From Candidatus Thorarchaeota archaeon (lineage in GTDB: Archaea; Asgardarchaeota; Thorarchaeia; Thorarchaeales; Thorarchaeaceae), in NCBI GenBank assembly GCA_019057475.1, contig DXJO01000010.1, forward strand, positions 128,001 through 192,000: 64,000 nucleotides of DNA, written 5' to 3'. The notes beneath the pieces were generated by a model. The model saw only the letters and a list, made by a program, of their open reading frames with translations. It did not search any database and was not told the DNA's origin. Position 1 is the first letter of the stretch, and every line of letters starts with the position of its first letter. Shown here piece after piece: positions 31,683-40,906 of the stretch. The position numbers were made by a program, and so were the translations under genes.

Positions 31683-32608
31683 TTTATGTTGCAGGGCATG
31701 CTGGACTTGTGGGGTCCGCTATTGTCAGGAGTTTGAATCAGAGTGGGTTTCATAACCTACTCCTTAGAACGCATGCGGAGCTTGACCTCACTTGTCAACA
31801 TGCCGTTGAGAAGCTATTCCAGGAGTACAGACCAGACTATGTTTTTTTGGCTGCTGCAAAGGTGGGTGGCATCCTTGCCAATTGGGAACGTTCTGCGGAA
31901 TTTATCTATGAGAATCTGATGATTCAGAACAACGTGATTCACCAAAGCTATGTTTCTGGAGTCAAGAAACTTCTTTTCCTTGGAAGCTCGTGCATCTATC
32001 CGAAGTTCGCAAATCAACCAATATCTGAGGATGAGCTTCTTTCAGGGAAACTCGAACCGACGAATGAACCGTATGCAATTGCCAAGATCGCAGGAATCAA
32101 GCTTTGCGATAGCTACCGGCGGCAGTATCAGGCCAACTTCATATCTGCCATGCCAACCAACTTGTATGGACCTAACGACAATTTCGATTTGGAAACGTCG
32201 CATGTGCTTCCGGCCCTCATGCGCAAGATTCACGACGCAAAGGTCAATGAAGACGACACGGTAGTAGTATGGGGCTCAGGACAGCCAAGAAGAGAGTTCC
32301 TATACATCGACGACTTAGCAGACGCTCTGCTATTCCTAATGGGGAACTACTCATCTGAGGGTCCTATAAACGTCGGCTGTGGCTTAGATATCTCAATACT
32401 TGAGCTGACTCATCTTCTTATGGAGGTGATTAGCTATCAGGGATTGATTGAGTTCGACCAATCGAAGCCAGATGGCACACCTAGAAAGATGCTCGACACC
32501 ACAAAGCTCGATAAGATTGGATGGCGACCGAAAGTGTCACTGAAAGAGGGGATTGAGCTGACATACAACTGGTTCCTAGACAACGTAGCAAAACACTTTG
32601 GCCAATGA
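31664..32608 (+). CDS. fcl: GDP-L-fucose synthase
   Basis: [47 protein letters not shown]. Confidence 0.96.
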   Translation: MEKSDLIYVAGHAGLVGSAIVRSLNQSGFHNLLLRTHAELDLTCQHAVEKLFQEYRPDYVFLAAAKVGGILANWERSAEFIYENLMIQNNVIHQSYVSGVKKLLFLGSSCIYPKFANQPISEDELLSGKLEPTNEPYAIAKIAGIKLCDSYRRQYQANFISAMPTNLYGPNDNFDLETSHVLPALMRKIHDAKVNEDDTVVVWGSGQPRREFLYIDDLADALLFLMGNYSSEGPINVGCGLDISILELTHLLMEVISYQGLIEFDQSKPDGTPRKMLDTTKLDKIGWRPKVSLKEGIELTYNWFLDNVAKHFGQ

Positions 32609-32647
32609 ATGCACTTCAGGCGGCGATAGCCCATCCCTTTTCTTCAG

Positions 32648-32731
32648 TCAATGGTGGCTGTGTTCTGGTAGGATGTTTCGCGTGTGGAACACACCTACAA
32701 TGTTCGTTATTCCTTTAATGTTCCTAGTGCC
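32648..32731 (-). repeat. Second displaced remnant of pyruvate kinase 3' end (right island boundary)
   Basis: Encodes GTRNIKGITNIVGVFHTRNILPEHSHH*, versus pyk GTRNIEGKTNIVGVFHVRDLVE*. Confidence 0.85.
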
Positions 32732-32763
32732 AAAAAAGCGATATCCCTAACTGCCTGTCACCC

Positions 32764-34191
32764 TTACTCTACCAAGTCCCGAACATGGAATACGCCCACG
32801 ATGTTTGTCTTCCCCTCGATATTTCTAGTGCCGGACGTGAAGACGATGTCCTTGTCCTTTGATATCAATCCCTGAGCATAAACCGCACGGACCGATTCCC
32901 GCACCTGATCGTCCACGTACTCAATGTGCTTTCCATAGTGAACCGGATGAACTCCCCACAGAAGCCGAAGCCGCCTCATGACCCTTGGATCCAGTGTCAC
33001 CGCGTAGATATGGACTGGTGGACGGAACTTCGAAACCCACCTTGCTGTGAATCCCGACCTCGTCGCAGTGATGACGCCATCCACTTGGTCCGGAATCAAC
33101 GATACCGCGTTGTAGACAAGATTGCCAATGATTTCAACAATCATTCTCTTAGGCGACGTAATCTCAGCGGGATTCACGAGGGGCAATCGCGGTTCCACCC
33201 GCTTGATGATTCGGTTCATCATCTCCACGGCCGCGACCGGGTCAACACCGACGGCGGTTTCCCCGCTTAGCATGACTGCATCCGCCCAATCGAACACCGC
33301 ATTGGCCACATCGCTGACCTCCGCCCGCGTAGGCACTCTCTCGTGGGTCATCGACTCAAGCATATGAGTGGCGACAATCGCCGGTTTCGCCCAAGTATTC
33401 GCCTCACGTATCAGGTCCCTCTGGAGAATGGGTACGTCCTCGATTGGCACCTCAATGCCGAGGTCACCGCGAGCAATCATCACCCCATCCGAGTGCTCCA
33501 GAATTGCATGGTAGTTCTCGACCGCCAACTTGTGCTCTATCTTGCTTATCAACCCCGCATCGCTCGGACCATTGGACTTCAGGATGTTTCTTACGTTGAT
33601 AACGTCCCTGTGGTCAATGACAAAGGATAGAGCCACGAAATCCGGCTCAAGTTTCGCAGCCAAGTCAAGGTCCCTGCAGTCCTGTTCGGTCGGCACTCTA
33701 CAGGACAGCTCAATTCCCGGGATGTTCACGCCCTTTCGAGTTGATATCACTCCTCCGTGAATGACCTCCGTGACCACCTCGTCGCCCTGAATATACTTCA
33801 CCTGCAGTCTAACGATTCCATCATTGATTGCAATCATATCGCCTGGTTGAACGTCGTTGGGCAGCTCCTTGTGCGAGATTGAGACGCGCTTCTCATCTCC
33901 GATGAAGTCCTCGATTGATATGGTGAATTCCTGGCCACTCTCCAATTCCACCGGGGTTCTTAGTTCACCAATCCTAATCTTCGGGCCTTGAATATCAAAC
34001 ATGATTGGGATGGAGTCGTCCACAGAACGAATGGTCTTGAACGTCTTCTTAGCGGACGGATGGTCTTCGTGCGAGAGGTTGATTCTCGCGACATCCATTC
34101 CTGCTTCTACCATCTTGGCCAGCGTTTTTTTCGACCTAGACGCAGGGCCGATTGTGCAGACGATCTTGGTTCGAGTCTTATCGAATATCAA
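32764..34191 (-). CDS. pyk: Pyruvate kinase
   Basis: TKIVCTIGPAS, GPKIR, SKIE, MIARGDLG, PTRAEVSDVANA, MLSGETA; probable TTG start at 34191 after GGAG. Confidence 0.96.
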   Translation of the reverse strand: MIFDKTRTKIVCTIGPASRSKKTLAKMVEAGMDVARINLSHEDHPSAKKTFKTIRSVDDSIPIMFDIQGPKIRIGELRTPVELESGQEFTISIEDFIGDEKRVSISHKELPNDVQPGDMIAINDGIVRLQVKYIQGDEVVTEVIHGGVISTRKGVNIPGIELSCRVPTEQDCRDLDLAAKLEPDFVALSFVIDHRDVINVRNILKSNGPSDAGLISKIEHKLAVENYHAILEHSDGVMIARGDLGIEVPIEDVPILQRDLIREANTWAKPAIVATHMLESMTHERVPTRAEVSDVANAVFDWADAVMLSGETAVGVDPVAAVEMMNRIIKRVEPRLPLVNPAEITSPKRMIVEIIGNLVYNAVSLIPDQVDGVITATRSGFTARWVSKFRPPVHIYAVTLDPRVMRRLRLLWGVHPVHYGKHIEYVDDQVRESVRAVYAQGLISKDKDIVFTSGTRNIEGKTNIVGVFHVRDLVE

Positions 34192-34381
34192 GGCTGAGCA
34201 CTCCGCTTGGGGCACTTCTTCGAGATAACGTTCTTCGGTCCTTATAACAAAAAGGTTTGCCAACCAGCGGACCAGACTGAGCCGATACAGATTCAGTTAT
34301 TTGGCACGTTTACATTGACTAAGACATAGCTCAGACGAAACACCATAAACCAGAACACCGGAATGGTTTCTGAAGGGTGGC

Positions 34382-35689
34382 GTGGCAATCATGGTTGAGA
34401 TTAAGCAGATTAGGGCTACTGAGATACTGGATTCACGCGGTAACCCCACACTGATGACTAGGGTGACTCTATCCGATGGCACGATCGGTATCGCCAAGGT
34501 TCCCAGTGGCGCCTCCACAGGTGAACACGAGGCTGTGGAGCTCCGAGATGGGGGCAAGAGGTTCGGCGGCAAAGGCGTTCAGAAGGCAGTTGGAAATGTT
34601 AATGATGTGATTGCAACGGAATTGGCCTCGGCTGACCCGCTATCCCAGAGTGATATTGATGCCACACTCCTCAAGTTGGACCCAAGCACTGGGAAGAGTC
34701 AGTTGGGTGCTAACGCAATCCTTTCCGTATCCATGGCTACGGCAGTCGCCGCTTCTGCACACTTGGGTCTTGAACTCTTCCAGTACTTGAGCACTCGCGT
34801 TCTAGGTCGTAAACTCAAGTATCTTCAACCAGTCCCAATGTCCAATGTCATTAATGGAGGCACTCACGCAGGAAATGACCTGGCGATACAGGAGTTCATG
34901 ATCTTGCCAATAGGCGCTTCTGATATTCTTGAGAGCATCCGCTGCCTGAGCGAGGTCTACCAGACGCTTGGAAAGAGGATGATTAAGAAGTATGGTCGGA
35001 TGGCAAAGCATGTGGGTGATGAGGGAGGCTTCTGTGGCTTCGGACTCAAGAATACGCGGGTAGCATTCGAAGAGATTCTGGGTGCCATAGAGGCGGCTGG
35101 ATACTCCCCCGGCAGTGATGTGGTCCTAGGAATGGATGCCGCTGCCAGTGAGTTCTATCACGATGGCAGCTACACCATTGACGGCAAATCGGTGAATGCA
35201 GGCGAGCTACTGGACTTCTACATAGACTTGGAGAAGACATTCCCATTGGAAACAGTAGAAGATCCATTTGATGAGAATGCCTTCGATGACTTTGCTGAGT
35301 ACACGAAGAAGACCAAGATACAGGTTGTGACCGACGACCTAACTGTTTCAAATCCTGAGATTGTTAGCAGGGCAATAGCGGAGGGTGCTGGAAACGCTCT
35401 ACTATTGAAAGTGAACCAAATTGGAAGCGTTACTGAAGCCATTGAAGCCGCAATGGTTGCGAACAAAGCCGAGTGGCCCGTTGTTGTGAGTCATAGAAGC
35501 GGAGAAACTAGTGACACGTTCATTGCAGACCTTGCAGTTGCTCTCTCAACCGGTCAGCTAAAAACCGGTGGCCCGGCACGCAGTGATCGCGTTGCGAAGT
35601 ATAACAGACTCATTGAAATACACCACCTTTTGAATGGCGAATGCAGCTACCCAGGAAAGGATTTCATGACCGCCTGGAGGAGATTCTAG
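34382..35689 (+). CDS. eno: Enolase
   Basis: EILDSRGNPT, VPSGASTG, GDEGGF, LLKVNQIGS, SHRSGET. Confidence 0.97.
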   Translation: MAIMVEIKQIRATEILDSRGNPTLMTRVTLSDGTIGIAKVPSGASTGEHEAVELRDGGKRFGGKGVQKAVGNVNDVIATELASADPLSQSDIDATLLKLDPSTGKSQLGANAILSVSMATAVAASAHLGLELFQYLSTRVLGRKLKYLQPVPMSNVINGGTHAGNDLAIQEFMILPIGASDILESIRCLSEVYQTLGKRMIKKYGRMAKHVGDEGGFCGFGLKNTRVAFEEILGAIEAAGYSPGSDVVLGMDAAASEFYHDGSYTIDGKSVNAGELLDFYIDLEKTFPLETVEDPFDENAFDDFAEYTKKTKIQVVTDDLTVSNPEIVSRAIAEGAGNALLLKVNQIGSVTEAIEAAMVANKAEWPVVVSHRSGETSDTFIADLAVALSTGQLKTGGPARSDRVAKYNRLIEIHHLLNGECSYPGKDFMTAWRRF

Positions 35690-35692
35690 CTA

Positions 35693-36934
35693 ATGGATCA
35701 GAAGCGCACAGCAATTCTGGTAGTGCTCGATGGACTTGGAGACCGCCCAGTGATTGAACTAGGAGGTCTCACACCGCTTCAAGCGGCAAAGACCCCGAAC
35801 TTGGACCAGCTTGCAGCTGAAGGGCAGACCGGTCTGATGTATGTGATATCACCCGGCGTCACTCCAGGAAGTGATGTAGCCCATCTGTTTCTGTTTGGAT
35901 ATGATCCTTTAACGCACTATCCGGGTAGAGGTGCCCTGGAAGTTCTCGGAACCGAGCTCCCATTCAAACCCGGTGACATTGGGTTTCGGGCGAACTTCGC
36001 CACAGTCGACTCGGACCTTACAGTCACGGACCGCCGAGCGGGCCGGAACATCACTCCTGAGGAAGGTCGCATTTTACAGAAGGCAATAGACGGTCTTGTG
36101 ATTGACGGAATTAAAGTGCATTTCACCCATACCGTACAACATCGTGGTGCTCTTGTTCTAGAGGGGAACGGTCTCTCTGACAAGATAACGTCTGTTGACC
36201 CCCGAGAAACTGGGCTCAAAATCCTTGAATCAAAGCCGCTTGAACCCAAAGCGAAGAAGACCGCAAAAGTCGTGAACAAGCTTGTTCAGATTGCTCATGA
36301 AAGACTTCGTGATTTGGAAGTGAACAAGAAGCGGGAGAAGAAGGGATTACTGCCAGCTAATGCACTTCTGCTGAGGGGTCCCGGTCAGCTCGATGTTGTG
36401 AAGACGCTGAAAGATCTTTGGGGTGTCAAGTCTGCCGTAATTGCTGGAGGTGCTCTCTACATTGGCACAGCCAAATACGTCGGAATGGAACATGTTCCGG
36501 TCGAGGGTCAGACTGGCACGATAGACACTAACTTCGATAACATCGCCGAGAAAGCAATCGAGTGCGTTGATTCGGGGTACGATTTCATCTTCGTCCACAT
36601 CAAAGCGACAGACAATGCGAGTCATGATCAGGATGCTAAGAAGAAGGTCCTCGCAATCGAGAGATCAGACGCGATGATTGGCAAGATTGTCGATGCGCTT
36701 CATGAAAGAGTCGTATTGATTGTCACTGCAGATCATTCCACGCCTATCGCTGTCGGAGAGCACACCTGTGACCCTGTCCCTGTGCTTCTCTGGAGTAGCT
36801 TCATCAGAGCGGACTCGGTACAGGCGTTCTCAGAGCTAGACGCCGCTAAGGGAGCGCTTCATAACTTTCGAGGTCTGAGTCTGCTACCACTCATGTTTGG
36901 TTACGCTGGCCTACTCGAGAAGGTTGGTGCGTAA
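35693..36934 (+). CDS. apgM: 2,3-BPG-independent phosphoglycerate mutase, archaeal type
   Basis: LDGLGDRP, TPNLD, PGSDVAH, GRG.LE, AGR, HIKATD..SHD, TADHSTP. Confidence 0.94.
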   Translation: MDQKRTAILVVLDGLGDRPVIELGGLTPLQAAKTPNLDQLAAEGQTGLMYVISPGVTPGSDVAHLFLFGYDPLTHYPGRGALEVLGTELPFKPGDIGFRANFATVDSDLTVTDRRAGRNITPEEGRILQKAIDGLVIDGIKVHFTHTVQHRGALVLEGNGLSDKITSVDPRETGLKILESKPLEPKAKKTAKVVNKLVQIAHERLRDLEVNKKREKKGLLPANALLLRGPGQLDVVKTLKDLWGVKSAVIAGGALYIGTAKYVGMEHVPVEGQTGTIDTNFDNIAEKAIECVDSGYDFIFVHIKATDNASHDQDAKKKVLAIERSDAMIGKIVDALHERVVLIVTADHSTPIAVGEHTCDPVPVLLWSSFIRADSVQAFSELDAAKGALHNFRGLSLLPLMFGYAGLLEKVGA

Positions 36935-36956
36935 GCGCTTATTAGACCGAGGCTTT

Positions 36957-38306
36957 TCAGGAGGTCTTCTGAACTCCTCGTTTGCCCACACATCTATACT
37001 CGAAGCCCTTGGAGGTAACAATTTCCTCATCGAACACATTCCGCCCATCAACGATGATTGGTGTTCGCATTATTTTCTTGACCTTATCCAAGTCCAAGGA
37101 GAAGTATTCAGCATGCTTGGTAACAAGCACGAGGCAGTCTGAATCCTTGGCTGCTTTCATGATGTCCCTCTCAATCTCAAGTGGTCCGAAATCCCACTCC
37201 CTCACAAAGGGGTCGTGGAGTCGCACCTCTGCTCCCTTCGCCTGTAATGAGGCAATCAGAGGAGCGGCAGGTGTGTTCCTCGTGTCATCTGAGTCCTCCA
37301 GATATGCGCCGCCCAAGACTGTTATTGTAGCACCACGAAAGGCCACCCCTTTGGCGTACAGCGCATTCTCAACAAGGTTCGCCATGTGTACTGGCATGTG
37401 ATCATTGATTCTCCGGGCCAGCGATATGAATTCAGGCTCTAGCTTCCAAGTCCCGTACTCGTATAGCCCATAACGCAAGAGCCACGGGTCCTTTGGAAGA
37501 CAATGTCCTCCAACACCTGCACCGGGGGTGTGCATCATCCTATCGTGCCGTTTGTTAATTGCATTGATTATCTTGTAGATATCAACACCCAGACTCTCGC
37601 ACACGAGCGCCATCTCATTTGCGAATGCAATATTCACGTCGCGATAGGCGTTTTCTATGGTCTTGGAAAGCTCCGCACTGAGAGTATCTAGGGTGGTGAT
37701 GTCCTCCTTGACTATCTTGGAATAGAGCTCTACTGCTCTCTCGGTGCTCCGGGGGGTGATTCCACCCACTACTCGAGGCATGTTAACAATGAACTCTATC
37801 AGTTTGCCAGGCATGACTCTCTCGTATGAGAAGGCTAGGTCGAAGTCCTTGCCACCCTTGAAGCCTGACTCCTTCTCGATAATTTCTTGCACAACATTCT
37901 CAGTGGTCCCCGGCGCAACTGTAGATTCCACAACCACAAGAGCTCCTTTCTTGAGGCGCATACCGATGTTCTTGCTAACTTCCCGGAGGGACACGTACTG
38001 AGGCATGTTCTGCTGGTCAGTGGGTGTCTGCACGTCGATTAGGATGATGTCTGCATCTTTGAGCACTTCGATGTCATCAGTGACCTTGAAGGTTCCCTTG
38101 GCCACAACTTTGGCAATCAGCTCATCCAGTCCCGGCTCATCACCCTCGAATGGGGACTTTCCACTATTCAGTACGTCTATTTTCCAGCCGGACCTCTTCG
38201 ATTTTCGCTGAAGTCCTGTGACTTGAATTCCCTCAACGTCAGCCAGTAGGGCCGCGCAGGGGATGCCAACATATCCCATCCCGACAACTACGATGTTCGT
38301 GACCAT
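36957..38306 (-). CDS. Nucleotide-sugar dehydrogenase (UDP-ManNAc/GlcNAc 6-dehydrogenase, WecC-like), paralog 1
   Basis: GMGYVG, ESTVAPGTT, ERVMPG, ENAYRDVNIAFANE, PGAGVGGHCLPKDP. Confidence 0.9.
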   Translation of the reverse strand: MVTNIVVVGMGYVGIPCAALLADVEGIQVTGLQRKSKRSGWKIDVLNSGKSPFEGDEPGLDELIAKVVAKGTFKVTDDIEVLKDADIILIDVQTPTDQQNMPQYVSLREVSKNIGMRLKKGALVVVESTVAPGTTENVVQEIIEKESGFKGGKDFDLAFSYERVMPGKLIEFIVNMPRVVGGITPRSTERAVELYSKIVKEDITTLDTLSAELSKTIENAYRDVNIAFANEMALVCESLGVDIYKIINAINKRHDRMMHTPGAGVGGHCLPKDPWLLRYGLYEYGTWKLEPEFISLARRINDHMPVHMANLVENALYAKGVAFRGATITVLGGAYLEDSDDTRNTPAAPLIASLQAKGAEVRLHDPFVREWDFGPLEIERDIMKAAKDSDCLVLVTKHAEYFSLDLDKVKKIMRTPIIVDGRNVFDEEIVTSKGFEYRCVGKRGVQKTS

Positions 38307-38461
38307 TAGAAGCTACCTTCCTCAATGTGAACCTAATGTCGTTCTTTCCGTGACAGAGGCCCCTTCTAGTTTGTTAAAAGGCTTGCTTTGAACCCGGAGT
38401 TGCACTGCGATTCATACAAGGCTATGCATCATCTGTAATGCCGGTCTAGGTGAGAGCGTGC

Positions 38462-39814
38462 TCATATGACGTGCTTGGCGCCAGACTTCCCGACGCAACG
38501 ATACTCGAATCCCTTGGACTCGACCTTCTCTCGGTCGAATACGTTTCGGCCGTCAACAATCGTCGGAGTTCTCATCGTGTTCTCCATCTTGTCAAGGTCA
38601 AGCGAGTAGTATTCCTTGTGTTTCGTGACTAGTACAAGACAGTCCGAACCTTCAGCAGCCTTCATAATGTCTCTCTCAATCTCCAAGCTATCAAAGTCCC
38701 ACTCCCTCACATGTGGATCATGCAGGCGCACTGTTGCTCCTTTGGCCTGAAGTGACGCAATTAGGGGCGCTGCTGGTGTGTTTCTTGTATCATCTGAGTT
38801 CTCGAGATACGCTGCACCCAAGACGGTGATTACTGAGCCGTGAAGCCGAACTCCTCTTGCGAGCAGTGCATTCTCCACCAAGTGTGACATGTGGATTGGC
38901 ATATGGTCGTTGATTCGCCTAGCCAAGGAGATAAATTCTGGCTCGACTTTGCTGGAGCCATACTCATGGAGTCCATGTCTCAGCAGCCATGTATCTTTTG
39001 GCAGACAATGTCCTCCAACTCCTGCGCCCGGAATGTGCATGTTTCTGCTGGCAAGCACATTAACCAGTTCAATAATTTCGTAGACATTCACTCCGAGGCT
39101 CTCGCAAACAAGCGCCATCTCATTTGCAAATGCAATGTTCACGTCGCGATAGGCGTTTTCTATGGTCTTGGAGAGTTCAGCCGTTAATACAGTTGTTTTG
39201 AAGATCTTCTTCTTTACAATCTTCGAATATATCTTAACGGCTCTATCAGTGCTTCGCGGAGTGATTCCACCCACTACTCGAGGCAGGTTAACGATGTTGT
39301 GGATGAGCTTTCCAGGCATCACTCGCTCATAGGAGAATGCCAGATCGAAGTCCTCGCCCGCCTTTAGACCTGACTTGTCTTCAATGATGACTTGAACTAT
39401 GTTCTGTGTCGTACCCGGTGCCACAGTCGATTCAACGACAACAAGAGTGCCCTTTTTCATGTGTTTGCCAATATTCTCGCTCACTTCACGCAAGGAGCGG
39501 TATTGGGGAGTATGTTTAGCATCAGTCGGAGTCTGAACATCAACCAGAATGACCTCTGCAGTTGAAAGCACATTGATGTCATCAGTCACTCTGAACGTTC
39601 CCTTTTTGACAACCTTTGCTACGAGCTCATCAAGGCCCGGCTCATCCCCTTCAAAAGGCGATTTTCCGCTGTTCAGTACATCTATTTTCCAGCCGGACCG
39701 CTTGGACTTCCTCTGCAGTCCCGTCACGTCAAACCCGTCAACATCAGCCAGTAGGGCCGCACAGGGTATTCCTACGTAACCCATTCCAATTACGACGATC
39801 TTTGTTGTCATCAA
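38462..39814 (-). CDS. Nucleotide-sugar dehydrogenase (WecC-like), paralog 2
   Basis: Same motifs; closely similar to 36957-38306. Confidence 0.9.
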   Translation of the reverse strand: MMTTKIVVIGMGYVGIPCAALLADVDGFDVTGLQRKSKRSGWKIDVLNSGKSPFEGDEPGLDELVAKVVKKGTFRVTDDINVLSTAEVILVDVQTPTDAKHTPQYRSLREVSENIGKHMKKGTLVVVESTVAPGTTQNIVQVIIEDKSGLKAGEDFDLAFSYERVMPGKLIHNIVNLPRVVGGITPRSTDRAVKIYSKIVKKKIFKTTVLTAELSKTIENAYRDVNIAFANEMALVCESLGVNVYEIIELVNVLASRNMHIPGAGVGGHCLPKDTWLLRHGLHEYGSSKVEPEFISLARRINDHMPIHMSHLVENALLARGVRLHGSVITVLGAAYLENSDDTRNTPAAPLIASLQAKGATVRLHDPHVREWDFDSLEIERDIMKAAEGSDCLVLVTKHKEYYSLDLDKMENTMRTPTIVDGRNVFDREKVESKGFEYRCVGKSGAKHVI

Positions 39815-39952
39815 TCAACGCCTCTCGCTTGAGTAATACACTGCCGAGTGCGTCTGCGCATTTAATTCACTAAAAAGGTTGTCTTCTTTTACGTGTCTTC
39901 TCTCCTTGTCGATAGTGCAGTTTCAGGGAGATGCCAGTCACGAATGGTGGAA

Positions 39953-40780
39953 TCATTCTACGTCTACCAGAGAAGCAATCCTCTCTATGGTTTCTTCGTA
40001 GATTGCATCGCTCTCGATTGTCAATTTGATTGCTCCCTCAGGACACTCTTCAACGCAGCGGCCACACCCTCTACATTCATCACTAATGACCGCCCTACCA
40101 TTTACAAGGGTGATGGCATCCACAAAGCACACATCATCCGTGCAGGTGCCACAGCCAGTGCACCCATCAGTCACACGCACGTTCACACCATCCATTCTGG
40201 CAATCTTGCGAGCTATCTGCGGGTTGAAATCAGGCAGTGCATTCCACAGGCAACAACACGGGCAGCAGTTACAAACCGTCAGGAGCTTACTCCCGGGTCC
40301 AATATTGAGCCACATAGTATCTAGCTTGTTCCTGCCTATCATCTGAACCAAGCCAGCGTCTTGGCATTTCCTCAAATGCTCGAACGCTTCTTCCTTTGTT
40401 ACCTCACGCCCCAGTTGGGGATTGATTCCCAGCACTGCTTCCCCAAGAAAGAGGCATCCAAGATCTATTGGATAGTCCTTGCATTGGTCGGAGTCGCGGC
40501 AAATGCACTTATTCATGATCCAGCAATGGCTGGCTTTTTCGATGAAGTGCTCCACAATCGTCGACGGCAGGATGGTATCTGTAGGTCGCTCAATGGACTT
40601 CCCCACATGGATAGACATCTTGACAACATTGTCCTTTGGAAGGTAGACGACACCATCCTCCTTGAACATCATGTTGTAGACTATTTTCCCCACACCCGGA
40701 ATACGGGTCACTTTTGCAATGATGCGTTTGTAGGCATATGCTTGCTTGAGCAATTCCACAAACCAAAGAGGATTAGCCAT
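39953..40780 (-). CDS. 4Fe-4S binding protein
   Basis: [34 protein letters not shown]; probable start MANPLW. Confidence 0.88.
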   Translation of the reverse strand: MANPLWFVELLKQAYAYKRIIAKVTRIPGVGKIVYNMMFKEDGVVYLPKDNVVKMSIHVGKSIERPTDTILPSTIVEHFIEKASHCWIMNKCICRDSDQCKDYPIDLGCLFLGEAVLGINPQLGREVTKEEAFEHLRKCQDAGLVQMIGRNKLDTMWLNIGPGSKLLTVCNCCPCCCLWNALPDFNPQIARKIARMDGVNVRVTDGCTGCGTCTDDVCFVDAITLVNGRAVISDECRGCGRCVEECPEGAIKLTIESDAIYEETIERIASLVDVE

Positions 40781-40906
40781 ACTGCTTGACCGACGTAGAG
40801 CAACTGATAATGGTTCCGAAAGCGAAAGGTATAATCTTGGTGTAACCGCACAAGACGATACTATCATATGGCTCCACGGTTATCATGCAGCAGTTGACGC
40901 GCTTGA

